This document shows positions 13,751 through 27,046 of a stretch of 64,000 bases of DNA, one piece after another; position 1 is the stretch's first letter; each line of letters opens with the position of its first letter. Origin of the DNA: Octopus vulgaris (taxonomy: Eukaryota). The position numbers were made by a program, and so were the translations under genes. Below the pieces are notes generated by a model. The model was not told the origin of the DNA. It made no database searches and saw only the letters and a list, made by a program, of their open reading frames with translations. The DNA lies in assembly GCA_951406725.2 (NCBI GenBank), contig OX597832.1, positions 7,564,001 to 7,628,000 on the forward strand. The letters run 5' to 3'.

Positions 13751-13828
<78 letters not shown>

Positions 13829-13906
13829 ATATCTATCTATCTGTCTATCTATCTATCTATCCATCCATCCATCCATCCATCCATCCATCCATCCATCCAT
13901 CTATCC

Positions 13907-13974
<68 letters not shown>

Positions 13975-14030
13975 GTCTGTGTATGTGTCTGTCTGTCTGT
14001 CTGTCTGTATGTCTATCTATCTATCTATCC

Positions 14031-14137
<107 letters not shown>

Positions 14138-14159
14138 GTGTGTGGAAGAAACCTGTGTT

Positions 14160-14560
14160 ATACTCTTTTATTTGTTTCAATCATTTAACTGCGGCCATGC
14201 AGGAGTATCATTTTGAAGGTTTTTTTTTAGTCGAACAAATGGACTCCAGGAATTTTTAAAGCCTAGTATTTATTCCATCGTTTTTTTTTGCCGAACCGCT
14301 AGGTTACGGGAACGCGAACATACTAATACCGGTTATTCAGTGGCGAAGGGGGACAAAGGGGCACAAAGATACACACACACACACACACACACACAAATAT
14401 ATACGACGGGCTTGTTTCAGTTTCCGTCTACAAATCCACTCACACGGCTTTGATCGTCCCAAGGGTAAACTAGAAGACACTTGCCCAAGGTTCCACAAAG
14501 TGGGACTGAATCCGGGACCTTGTATCAGGGGAGCAAGCTTCTTACCACACAGCCATGCCT
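14160..14560 (-). mobile_element. SINE family B
   Basis: Diverged reverse copy of 54811-55219. Confidence 0.85.
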
Positions 14561-14930
14561 GATGACCAAAGGCATTTTTCTAACACGCTAGCTCAAAGTT
14601 TACTCGTCCTGTCGAAAGACGCCTGTTTGTGACGTCCTGTTTTTGTTATTATTATTATCATTATTGTTTTTACGTATTTTTGTATTCATATTCGTGTAAC
14701 ATCGTCCGTTTTCCCGTCTTTGTTTTGTATACATTCGAGGCTTTATTCCAAGGGATCTAATGCGCTTAGCTTAGATTTTCCTTGGGCTGGCCAGATCGGA
14801 GCAATCTCAAGATTAATCAGCCGAAATTGCGAGGATGATTCGGTTCTTTACAGAAGATTGAAGGCTTCGGATGTCCCGTCCGTGTTTTTGTATCGTCTTC
14901 TAAATGTTTTGCGTTCTTGTCCCAGTTTGT

Positions 14931-14992
<62 letters not shown>

Positions 14993-14996
<4 letters not shown>

Positions 14997-15230
14997 GACG
15001 TCACTAAATTGACTCAGGGTACCGGTTAGCGCCAGCGTTGCTAGAAAGAAGAGTCAAAACAACTCTTAGCTACATGAACGCACTTATCTTATGAGTGACT
15101 GCTCTAAAGAGCCTGCCTCGCTTGTCGGTCACAAGATAAGTGCGTTGTTGTGGTTAAGGGTTGTTTTGACTCTTATTTCTAGCAATGCCAGTGCTAACTA
15201 TTACCATTAGACATTTTAGTGACGTCTATA
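14993..15230. mobile_element. MITE-like fold-back element
   Basis: TATAGACGTCACTAA...TTAGTGACGTCTATA termini with ~100-bp imperfect arms. Confidence 0.75.
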
Positions 15231-15582
15231 GTTTTGTCTTTCGGCTCTAAATTGCAAATAAGCCACCATTATTATTTATGTGTGTGTGTGTGTGTGTGTG
15301 CGCGTGCGTGCTACTGTATTTGTGTTTGTCACCCATCACCGGTTGACCGTTGGTGGTCTGTTTAAATCAACGTAAAATAGCAGCTCAGCAAAAGGAATAC
15401 GATAGAATAAGTAGCGTGCTTTAGAAAATAAATACTTGAGGCGATTTGTTCGTTTAAATCCTTTAAGGTGATATCGTAGCATAGTCATTGTTCAATGGCT
15501 GAAACAGGTGAGATATAGATGACAAAGTATGTAATATACATATAAATATAATATATGTTATATAGTATATACATATATACAT

Positions 15583-15925
15583 AGGTCCAGGCAGTGCTGT
15601 GTGGTAAGACGCTTGCTTCGCAACCACATGGTTCTGGGTTCGGTCACACTGCGTGGCAACTTGAGCAAGTGTCTTCTACTATAACCTCGGGCTGACCAAA
15701 GCCTTATAAGTGGAATTGGTTGTCAGAAACTGAAAGAAGCCCGTCGTATGTATATGCATATGTTTGTGTGTTTGTCTCCCCACCAAAGCTTTACAACAGA
15801 TGCTGGTGTGTTTTTACGTCCCTGCAACCTAGTGGTTCGGCAAAAGAGACCGATAGATTAAGTACTAGGCTTACAAAGAATAAGTCCTGGAGTTGATTCA
15901 TCAAACGACAGAAGCAAGTAAAAGA
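15583..15925 (+). mobile_element. SINE family B
   Basis: Head and body match other B copies; a further 3' fragment lies at 15315-15520. Confidence 0.85.
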
Positions 15926-15974
15926 TACATATACATACATCCATACATACATCCACACACACACACACATATAT

Positions 15975-16294
15975 ACACGAGACTAGAAAAACAGCCAACA
16001 ACCGATGAAGGGTCATTCTTTATGTTGTTTGTTTTGTTTTCCATCCGTGTCTTTAGTTGTTCGAAAGAACAGTTCAGGTTCCATGTACTCGTGGTTCGTG
16101 ACGTACTGTGCCCACATATGCATATATATGTAAATGTATAGATGTAAGTATGTACATATCCCTATGTATGTATGTATGTATGTATGTATGTATGTATGTA
16201 TGTATGTATGTATGTATGTATGTATGTATGTATGTATGCATGTATGAATGTATGTATGTATGTATGTATATATGCATGTATGTATGTATGTATG

Positions 16295-16329
<35 letters not shown>

Positions 16330-16895
16330 TATAAAATTATATGATTGAACGCCACGCATTCTCTTTCAAGTAAGTTTTATCTTAATAATTCTGATGCGCA
16401 CTCTATATGATCTTTTTAGTCTTTCTTTTTTGTCTGTTTCTCTCTCTTAATCTTTTACCTCCTCTTCTCCCACTATTCTATCTTATTACTCTGTCACTCA
16501 CTCTCCCTTACTCCTCCTCCCTTGCTCACGTGACTTCCACGTGGCCATCGGCCATCTTTCTTCTCCTAACTTGTGTTTCTTTCTCTTGTAGCTGGAACAA
16601 GGAAGGCGTGTTCTTGTTTGTCTCCTGTCCAAGCTTGATCTACTCGTCCGCCACCACAACCTTGTTTATGCGTAGCAGCCCTTCCTGTTTCTTTACACTG
16701 TCCTGTTTTTATTACCAATTTTGACCTCCGCAAAATCCAAATTTTATTTAATTTGCTTTGCGGAACCAAATATATACTTTGTATCGAAAGTATATATTGT
16801 TGTTAAATGCTCGAAATACGAGACTAGAAAAACAGCTAACAACTAATAATGTCATATTTATATTATATGACTGAACACCAGGCATCCTCTTCCGA

Positions 16896-16897
<2 letters not shown>
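15975..16897. mobile_element. Interspersed repeat family E, partial tandem and permuted, in TA tracts (PLE-terminus-like)
   Basis: Direct repeats 15977/16818 and 16338/16863; homologous to 34875-35510. Confidence 0.6.
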
Positions 16898-16956
<59 letters not shown>

Positions 16957-17089
16957 TGTATATATGTATGTATCTATGCATGTAAGACTAGTTATTCAAA
17001 AATCCTAGGCAAAACCATCTCAAATAATGCGCAGTAAAGCTGGAAATTACATACGGAATGTACAGATCTCGTGCTTCAGTTGGCAGGCT

Positions 17090-17520
17090 ACAGGTGAGGC
17101 TGTATAGAAAAATAGACGTATTTCTATACGGGCTAAATGAAAGGTATAATAGGCTATAGTGCTTTCGTCACTGCTATATGAAGGTGAAACCTGGATATTC
17201 TATAAAGCCCAAAATAGAAAGTTATATGGATACTGCTGCGACTAATCATGAACGTTACTCTGTTTCGCAGGATCAGGAAGTAAGCGACATTCCAGCATGC
17301 TGGTCTGCCTTCTATGATCGTAATCTTCATTGATAGAAATTCACGTTGGTTGGGACGCGTACAGAGGATGAATAGCTGCAGTCTCCCCAGACAGCTCCTT
17401 TACTTCTAACTTTACAAGGAAGATCTAGACAGAGATTCAAAGACACTGCATAAAGTAATACGAAGTGGAAAGGAATTGATCTCAATAAATAGCAAACTCA
17501 AGCGAAAAGCCGACCAGTAT
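17090..17520 (+). pseudogene. RTE-like LINE ORF 3' fragment
   Basis: RWLGRVQRMNSCSLPRQLLY at 17344-17403, with upstream LLYEGETW-like motif. Confidence 0.7.
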
Positions 17521-18425
17521 GGAGAAAGCTTATCAAGTCATGCCAAAGCCATGAACAAACGACTGACTGCAGGAAAATATATGTATAAATATAATATATA
17601 TTCTATATATATGTATATGTATATAGAAACATATGCATTTGTGTGTGTGTGTGTGTACGAGTGTGAGAGAAGATCTATGAGAGTGCATGAATATGTCTGT
17701 ATGTGTCTGTATCTATATTATACAATTGTGCAAAACTCTTCGACTTTTTTTCACAGATGTCTGACTTCTTCTTTTCAAAACGGCCAAATCGAACTTTTAC
17801 TACATCAGATCTCTTCCAAGCAATCTGTCTCTCTCAAACCAACCAAATGAATGTCATTATGAATGATAAAACTATTTTTTTCCAGTTTCATTTTAACCAG
17901 TAATTCCTTCGGGCATTGAAGTTCTCCACATATGACAAGACGATTAAAATATTGATTTTAATTTTTCGTTCTCCTTACAGTCACGATAACAATAGAAAGT
18001 TCTTCAAAAGAAAGTGGCAGATATATTCGCAGATAGATAGGAGGGAAGAAATATATATATGAGAAGTACAATTATTATATCATTGAACACGTGGAGCAAT
18101 ATCATTTCAAGTAATAATGTACGCGTGTGTGTCTATGTATGTATGTATGTATGTATGTATGTATGTACTGTATACATAAAAATACGGTATATATATTTAT
18201 ATATGCATATATTATATAACACAATATTAGGTATATATGTATATACCTATAATCTATATACCTATATGTATATATGTGTATATGTATATATCTATAATGT
18301 ATGTACCTATATGTACCTCTTTCTTTCTCCCTCCCTCAATCTCTCTCTATACAGGTATTTCAAAATGGAGGTCTTTCTGTCTTTGTCTCTATATAAAATG
18401 TATAGTTACAGCTTTATATGTGTTT

Positions 18426-18504
<79 letters not shown>

Positions 18505-18650
18505 AAACACAAACAAACACAAACACAAGCACCAACACACACACACAAACACACAAACACAAACATAAACACACACACGCGCGCGCACACCCACACACAC
18601 AAACACACAAACACAAACACACACACACACACACACGCACGCACACACAC

Positions 18651-19508
18651 ATGAGGTGGTATCAAAAGAATCCCGGACTTGTTATTTTTTATAAAATATA
18701 ACTTATTTACTTAAGTTTTAACATTCTCTGCTTCGAAATGGTCACCTTTCGCAGCAATATACCGATCGCAGCGTTCCTGCCACTTTTAGAATCCGGCCTG
18801 GAAGTCGTTTTCCGTAAGCGAGTCGAGGACCTCCTACAATGTGCTCTTGATTTTGACAACGGTGATAAAACGGTGGCCTTTGAGCCGCAATTTCATCTCG
18901 AGGAAGTGACAGAAAGCCGAATGTGCTAAATCTGGCAAATAGAAGAGTGCGGAAGCCTTACCATGTTATTTTTGGCGAGCAACTCACGTGTGAGGAAAGC
19001 TCGGGGACGGTACATTTTCGTCCTGAAGAATCCAATTCTTGGCGTTCCATAGATCCGGTCCCAACTCTCGATTGGCACTCTGGCACTAGGGTACAAACTG
19101 TCGATACACAATATTACATTTCCAGGGATGACGGACGTGCTTCTAGATGGCTCACTATCTTCCAGAGACGTTCTTCCGCTTTTGAGGCACCCGTGCCTCT
19201 CGAAGCATTGCGTACAACCCATTGCCCCGCCGCCGTAAGCTTGCGTGAGCATATTCAATGTCCCTGTAGCAGACTTCCCAAGTTTAACGCAAAATTTCAC
19301 GCTGGCTCTTTGTTTCTGTCCATGACAAAATCAGAGACTATAGTATGTGATCGCAAAAACACCAATTTCACAACTTGCGAAGTAAACACATCGATGTCAC
19401 TTGGCAGACTGCTTCATGAAGATAACTGCTTGGTCTCACTGTGCACACAACCGTGTGCTGCCCTCTGTTGTTGCGCTACAGGACAGGTCCGAAAACTTTT
19501 CGATATAT
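18651..19508 (-). mobile_element. Internally deleted mariner element with degenerate TIRs
   Basis: KFCVKLGKSATGTLNMLTQAYG..GRTSLED; termini ..atcaaaagaatcccggac / gtccgaaaacttttcgat. Confidence 0.8.
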
Positions 19509-19560
19509 AAAGTGTAAAGCTCTCTTCGGTCATGAATGACCTAGATATTTCCCATCCGAG

Positions 19561-19665
<105 letters not shown>

Positions 19666-19679
19666 CAAACACACACACA

Positions 19680-20040
19680 AAATGTAGACCGCAGTATTAT
19701 CTTTGAAGCCATGTAACAAAGTTAGAAGGCACGAAATCTTCCTTGTTGCTCTCGACTTGCATAACCATCACAATTGCTGGAAATTTTGTATGCACGACCA
19801 TTGGAACTGCATTCAGGTCTCTGCGTAAGGATCTGTTCTTCCTTTGGTTTACTCTTTGGTCCTGATCGAAATTAATCTTATCGTAGAAAAACCGAAGTAT
19901 TCCAGCCTGTTAGTGTTCTTAGTAATCGTTTCCGCGGAATGATTCTCTCGTCACATATGACATCACTTGAACCGGATATCTTCATGCGCAACTCTTCCGA
20001 TGGTGCATTCTGAAGCCTTGAGATCCTTCGCAAAGGCTCT
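19680..20040 (-). pseudogene. maT/DD37D-like transposase central fragment
   Basis: NFDQDQ.VN..VPMVVHTKFPAIVMV motif on the minus strand. Confidence 0.7.
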
Positions 20041-20049
20041 GATTCACAT

Positions 20050-20100
20050 AACCCTAAATCCCTAGCCCTAACCCTAACACTAAAACTCTAAAGCTAAAAC
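20050..20100. repeat. Degenerate interstitial (CCCTAA)n
   Basis: aaccctaaatccctagccctaaccctaacactaaa. Confidence 0.7.
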
Positions 20101-20607
20101 CAGTACAAACGCACGAACGATATCATAAATAACGGTGACAAACGAAATATATACGACTGATAGTTGTTGTTGACAAACAGCAGTAATTTTATTCAGCTGA
20201 ATACACCTCATTGATTGGTTGAAATTACCGAAATACGACAACTTTAACACGAAATAACTTCGTAAATAGAAACTTTTCTCAACAACGCTTAGAGTAAACG
20301 ATGTTCTATATGACACATTCCACCAGTCTCCGAAGTTTGAAAGTGTTTAGTGAAAAAAAATTAATCTATCGACCTGCCGATCAAAAGCAAAAGGTCCGTT
20401 TCCAGTTATTAAAGGATTACTTAAATAAAATATTTTAAACAATTAATTAAATCTATTAATTAAAAGATCGATTATTTCAGTTTATTGAATATTCAAGATA
20501 GGTAGCAGCTGCCTGAGATATTATTGATGTTCAGCCCAGAAACGTGTCGACGTGTAGGGAATTCACTTCCAGGCATTTGTGTGGGGGACGCAGCACTTAT
20601 TCTGGCC

Positions 20608-20790
20608 AAGGCAGTGAGCTGGCAGAATCGTTACTTTACGTCCTTAGTTCAAATTCCGCCGAGGTCGACTTTGCTTTTCATCCTTCCAGGGTCGATAAAT
20701 TAAGTACCAGTGAATCACTGGGGTCGATGTAATCGACTGGTCCCCTCCCCTGAATTTTCTGGCCTTGTGCCAAAATTTAAAATCAATATT
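20608..20790 (+). mobile_element. SINE family C
   Basis: Meta-like domain. Confidence 0.8.
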
Positions 20791-22486
20791 CTGAGCTATC
20801 CTGCCAATTAATTACAAAAAGGAGCATTAAAAGTATCTTTGCCTTCAGACAGAAAAAAAACGCTGCTATGCCACTTGTTCATTCCTTGGTTAGTCCCAAT
20901 CAAGCACGTCTACAATCAAAGTCGTTGTCAGCGCTGGATGACTTTCATAGTAGATCAGCTTGGTTAGAGCTGCCCTCAGGGGTCAACATATGATGTAGCA
21001 ATGCTTTTCTGTGTTTGGCAGTAAAGACACTCTTAGCGCTCCCTATATTACTTAATAAGCAGGATAGGCCAGAATAAATATTGCACCCTTTACACCAGTT
21101 TCTAGGAATGAATTCCCTGTCCCTCCACCTCTTTTTCTGACAAAAAACTATCTTATACTTACGGACTATCTTATACTTACGTGAAAATAATACGACAAGC
21201 AAATAAAACTTATTTGACTTTTAATATCAAACAGAGAATCATCCAACTTTATTCGCAAAATGATGAGTATTGAATTCTAAACAGAATACTAATATAAACA
21301 AAACAGTTTTATAGCATGCGATACTAAACAATAAGTTAAAGAAAAGTATCTAATAATATACTTACTGTTTAATGGGGATTATATCACAATCTACCCTGAT
21401 TTAAGAAACTCTGTACCTTTCATGTCACTGCTACAAGTTCGCTTAATTGGTCAGTATTATCATGTAATTGGTCGGATGGAACCTTTATTGCCGGTGTTGC
21501 ATGGATATCAGTAGTACCGGTTGGAATGTTTAGGCCTTTAATTTTAGGATTAAAATCTAGTGTAACATCATTAGCAGGTTCAATAAAACGAGATTACGGT
21601 CACCCCTCGAATTTCGATATCATCTGAAATTTGATTGTTTGGTCACTATTATTTCCATTGTTGTTACAACCTTATCTGCATTATTCGGTGCAAGAAGCGA
21701 ATCAGTGGTTTCGTATCCACTGGCTTTGTGAACTAAGTCATACTTGGTGTTTGCTTCAATTAATTCTGCAGGCTCCGTTAATGGCTTCCATTAGGCATAT
21801 TCAACATGAATCAGCACTTTTGAACATCTCCACATAAAAACTCTTCCATGCATAATTGATTCCGTGCAATGAAGAAGCACCTGCAATTTGATGACAGAAT
21901 AGCTAGTCTTTGGGTTTTATGGTAATAGAGCAACTATTGTGTATTTCTACGATTTTCAACAGTTTTGACATTTTTCCATGATTTTTTTATCTGAAAAAAA
22001 AATCGACATTTTTTTATACGTCCCTCTGTTTAAGATTGGCTGCATTTCGACTCGATCAAAGCAGCTTAAAATTTAGCAAAAAGTTTTTCTTCCTTCTGTA
22101 GCATGATCAAATCAATCATTAACTACTAGTATAAGTTATGGTAAGAAATGCTCAGACACTGAAAAGCAGAAACCGTATTCTTGCGAATACATAGTGTAAA
22201 AAAAAACGCCCGTAAGATTTAGGGCACTGTTGCATTGGTGGGGACAGGGCGCCTCCTTTCTTTGATTGATACACACTTTCAAAATGACACAATTAATAAA
22301 GGCCCGGCCTGTCGCGCGGGACAGTTAACGCCTCACTGGCACAAATTTCCACAGAAATAACCCATGCCTTTACTTTGCCATCAAAATTGTTTCTTGCATT
22401 TGTTCGAGTGGATGCCAAAGTATTTTCTTTTAAAACCCTGACTTCTAGGTTGGCTCAAGAGAGGCGATTATTGTTATTATTAAGTT

Positions 22487-22685
22487 GGTGAGCCGGCAGA
22501 ATCGTTAACAAGCCGGGCAAAATGCTTAGCGGTATTTCGCTCGTCTTCGCATTCTGAGTTCAAATTCCGCCGAGGTCGACTTTGCCTTTCTTCCTTTCGG
22601 GGTGTATAAAATAAGTACCAGTTGAGCACTGAGATCGATATAATCGACTTCGCTACTCTCCCGAACTTACTGGCCTGGTACCAAA
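22487..22685 (+). mobile_element. SINE family C
   Basis: Meta-like domain with head. Confidence 0.85.
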
Positions 22686-22724
<39 letters not shown>

Positions 22725-22725
<1 letters not shown>

Positions 22726-24308
22726 GTTTGACTTTTGCTTTCTATTTGTACAAGTCTCACCCAGAAACCTCAAGAGACAAAAAGTTAGAAGTTCATGTTG
22801 GCGTTATGCCTAGGGTGTCATATATTTCGTTTTGTACTTAGTATTGTTCGAGAAAATGTTTAAGAAAACATAAGAAAATTATGAGTTTGTTTAAAAATTT
22901 AAGATTACATAGACAGTATTTTACGTAGGATATCGGCAGTTCCCATGAATACAGTCTTTTGAATTTCTGTCATTTTGAGGTTTCCTGGTATCTGAGCTAG
23001 GTATAAATCAGCCCCTTTTGCTATTATTCCTAGGGAACCTATAACAATATATGTTGGCCTGGTAGTTTCTTGTAGGTAGGCATTGATCATGGGCTGCTAT
23101 GATAAACCCTTCTGTTTCTGATTTTAAGCCAGAAACCATTAACCATTGATGGGTAAGGGCTTTGTCAACATCGGCATTATTAGCTCTCTTCGAGTATTTG
23201 CCATTGAGAGGTTTTTCTTGCCATTTATCAGTAAGAATATCTAAGGCAGCAGTTTTAGTACGGGTTTTCATACGCTTTGCTTTTTCTGCACTTGTTGCCA
23301 CTACCTCTAATTCTGCAATTTGTTGTATTTGGAATTCACTTATATATTCCTTTGCCTGTTTTGTTACTGAGTATGATGCTTTCTTGTTTTCGTGCTTTGT
23401 GACAACTTTTAACATCCAGCCCTCAGAGTTTTTCAGGTATGTGTGTAGGCCAATTGTGGCAAGTTTCATTGTTCATTCCAGTTGTAAAAATCCCCTACCT
23501 GCCTCTTTTCTTGGTAGATAAAGTCGTTCTATATCTGCCTTATGGTTGTGCATTCTATGCATTGCCAACAATTTTCGTATTTTTATGTCAAGATTATATA
23601 TTTCAGTAATTAACCAGTTAATGATATTGAAACTGTAAGTCACGACTGGTTTGGCTGAAGTATTGATCGCTCCAATCCTGTTTCTTGTATTCAGCTCTGT
23701 CTTGAGTATTGTTCTTACCTTGCGATAACATCTTCTGATCCTGATAACATCTTCTGATCCTTTCCCTCATCACTGAATGTTTGATTCCGTCTCCTTCAAA
23801 TACCCCCAGGTATTTGTAGCTCTCCGCTGGTTCTAACTCCTTTCCGACATTCTGCTGGTCAAGGTTAACGTTAGATGTTTCTGTCATTTTTTCTTTAAAG
23901 GTAGCTTTTGCACATTTATCGAGGCCAAATTACATCCTGATGTCATCGCTGAATTGTTTAACAATCGCTATTAAGCCTTGTAGTTGTTGGTCATTTTTTG
24001 CAAAGAGATTTAAATCACCCGTGTAAATGAGATGATTTATATATTTATCAAGCATTTTATAACCGTACTGTACATCAGTGAGCAATTTCGATAGAGGTAT
24101 TAAGGCTAGATAAGAGAGGAGTGGTGACAGAGTCACCCCCTGGAAAATGCCACATGGAATCCTTACATTTCCAGCATTAAGAGATTCATTGTTACTGTTC
24201 AGAGTCAGGGTGGTTCTCCATGATCTCATACTTACAGACAAAAAGTTTCGAGGAGTAAGTGCTATTTTATACATTTCCAGACATTTCTTAATCCAGTTAT
24301 GTGGTAGA
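22725..24308 (-). pseudogene. 5'-truncated R4/Dong-like non-LTR retrotransposon (RT plus RLE C-terminus)
   Basis: GIFQGVTLSPLL, NHLIYTGDLNLFAK, YKYLGV, GLKSETEGFIIAAHDQ, IVIGSLG..IQKTVFMGT; 3' end abuts (TAA)n. Confidence 0.85.
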
Positions 24309-24392
24309 TTGTTGTTGTTGTTGTTGTTGTTGTTAGTCCTCCAGAAATTAAAGAAACAATAAGATTGCTACTGTTATCGAACGATCAATATG

Positions 24393-24470
24393 TCGACATT
24401 TCGTGTGTCTTCCACAAGTTCAAAATTATCATCTCAATCTTGAACTTGTGGAAGATACACGAAGTGTCGA
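24393..24470. other. Isolated 35-bp-stem hairpin
   Basis: tcgacatttcgtgtgtcttccacaagttcaaaatt pairs with aatcttgaacttgtggaagatacacgaagtgtcga, 8-nt loop. Confidence 0.85.
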
Positions 24471-25217
24471 ATTATTGTTCATTTGATAACAGCCGCACTC
24501 TTCTTATTGCTTCTTTATTATTGTTCTTTTTCTTGTTATTACCAAAAGCGCGTTCCAAGCACCAGAGCTTTTGATGCGACGGTCTCAAGGGTAAGATCTA
24601 ACATTACCAATAATCCATTACACATTTCATACGAACTCTTCCTATCGAACGGCTTGATATTTTTACACCTTTAGAAAGCGTTTCAATATTTCTCCACTGC
24701 ATTGTTGCGTTTTGTCAAGAATCAGCAAGTATATCTTATTACTAGGAGAAGCACCGACTGAGATATAAATAAGGTGTTGATAAGCTAAACAACTTTAAAA
24801 GAAACTGACGAAGCAATTTATTAGTAAAACCAATATAGTGGCGTTACTGAGACCGTTGTTGCAACAACTTATGTAAGAAGTATAACTTCTTAGCTATGCA
24901 TTCCAGGGAATTTCAGAATCATATTATATAACAGTAGTAAAAGGCAGCTGCAAAGCATTGAATAGTTGAGTGATGTTATCGCCCAGTGGCCAAGATGAAG
25001 TGCCTGCTTGCTGTACGTTAAAAGATTTCAATTGTTATAAACTGACATTTTATTTTCTGTTTACGCTAATGACTGTTTGGCAAATTGTCGTGAAATGAAT
25101 ATGAGAAGGAAATAAATTTTATCATTCGACTTTTATTACCAAACAATCGGCGACTGAACTTTGTTCATATGACAGTGGTCGTCTGCACACGAAACGACGA
25201 CGACGACGACGACGACG

Positions 25218-25265
<48 letters not shown>

Positions 25266-25284
25266 GCAACAAGAACAACAATAA

Positions 25285-25620
25285 CAATTCTTTCTACAAT
25301 AGGCAGAAGGTCTGAAATTTTGGAGGTAGGGGCTAGTCGATTACAACAACCCATTGTTGAAGTAGTATTTATTTAATCGGCCCCCAAAATGATGAGAGGC
25401 ATATCAACCTCAGCGGAAATCGAACTCAGAACATACAGATGGATGAAATCCCAGCGTGAGAATGATTCTGCCAGCTCGCCATTTTAATAATTATGATTTC
25501 AAATTTTGGCATTAGGCCGGAAACTTCGGGGAAGGGGATAAATTGATTACATCGACACCGGCTCTTAACTGGTACTTATGTTATCGATCCCGAAGGATGG
25601 AAAGCAAAGTCAACCTTTGC
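25285..25620 (-). mobile_element. Two SINE C copies
   Basis: Reverse Meta-like domains. Confidence 0.7.
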
Positions 25621-25654
25621 AAGCCAAACTTTTTGCAAGTTATAATAATATAAT

Positions 25655-25845
25655 AATGATAACATCGAAAAATACCTTAGGAATGAGAACCCAGGTTCGA
25701 AATTTCCCCAAGACACCTGAAGAAGGCAGGAGGGTATATCAGCCGAAACGTTGTGTTAACAACACACAAGATGAAGACAAATATCCGTCGAATGTATATA
25801 ATGTAAATAATGTACATAATTCCTCATCTCTTAAATATAGAACTG
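25655..25845 (+). mobile_element. Second, headless copy of the HHR-bearing element (HHR 25712-25757)
   Basis: Matches 968-1148; CTGAAGA..GAAACGTT with one helix II mismatch. Confidence 0.8.
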
Positions 25846-26841
25846 CACTAATTTGATTGCTATTTTCCACACGTATAGCACCCCTCATTAATTTTCTTCT
25901 GTGAATATCATATTTAATACCTACAGGTATACAGTACTGTACATCAATGCAGTGATTGTATTAACGTTAATCCGGTAAACCAGAAGGGGGAGTCTAATAA
26001 GACTGAAAAACTTCCGGTGTAATATTTTCTTGTTAATTAAAATATTATTATCCAGAGAGCTAATGCTTTCTTCTAATTATTAAGTAATTACAATTACTTT
26101 GTGCATTATACACTTTATAGAGGTCCTTTGTTAAAAATTCTTTATTTTCCAACGTTATATATCTCTTTACACTATATCTTAATATTTTCACATTCTCTCT
26201 TTATTGATAGCACTACAATCCACTCATCCAAATATAAACATACACGTACACGCGCACACACACATATATACATACATACATGCAACCTCATTTTGTCAGA
26301 TGATAGCCGCCTCATATTCAGCCTGAGTTAGTCTTGCATGGACTTTACAAAATACAAAATGGATCAATGATCATAAGATTTAAGTAGTAAAAGCTTGTAT
26401 AACCCTTTGCCATTCTCTCGGTTACCATACTAGGATTCAGTGACAAGCATTGCGAGATTAATGCGTACTATTTTGAAAACAAGTTTAATGGCAAAGTATC
26501 TTTTATCCTAGAAGAGCTGCCTTCCCCACGCTTTGTCAGAAATAACGAAGGACTTCTATGCCCCGGGGAAATCTATTTAAGTCACAGATTAAACACTGAT
26601 GGATTCACTGTTCCGGGTCAGAACGGAGCTTCAATAAAGTCAATTAAGAAGTGACTCCGCGCTCCCCACAAATTCACAACACATGAACGGGAGACTTATC
26701 ACTAGGTGCAGTTTAATGTCATACCCAGGACATGTAAACATACACACATGCATACATACATACAAACCTACGTACGTTAGCACGAACGAAGATGCACAAA
26801 GATAAACTAACATACAGACACTCACACACATATACATATAC

Positions 26842-26900
<59 letters not shown>

Positions 26901-26996
26901 GGAGTAAACACATAAATGTGAAACAAGGTGGAAAAAAGAGTACTCAAATACCAGTGGTAGAGTAATATGCTTTATTTTAAGCAGTAGAAAATTCAA

Positions 26997-27046
26997 CAAA
27001 ATCTGTTACTCTGAGTTTCTCGTTGCCGTTCATCAGACAGTTTTTG
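26997..27046 (-). ncRNA. Minimal hammerhead motif, left arm
   Basis: Mirror copy of 29044-29093. Confidence 0.7.

Noticed and set aside
14559-14940. CTGATGA and GAAA words in a repeat whose end recurs reversed at 10555-10620
   Set aside because: Could not build helices I-III by eye
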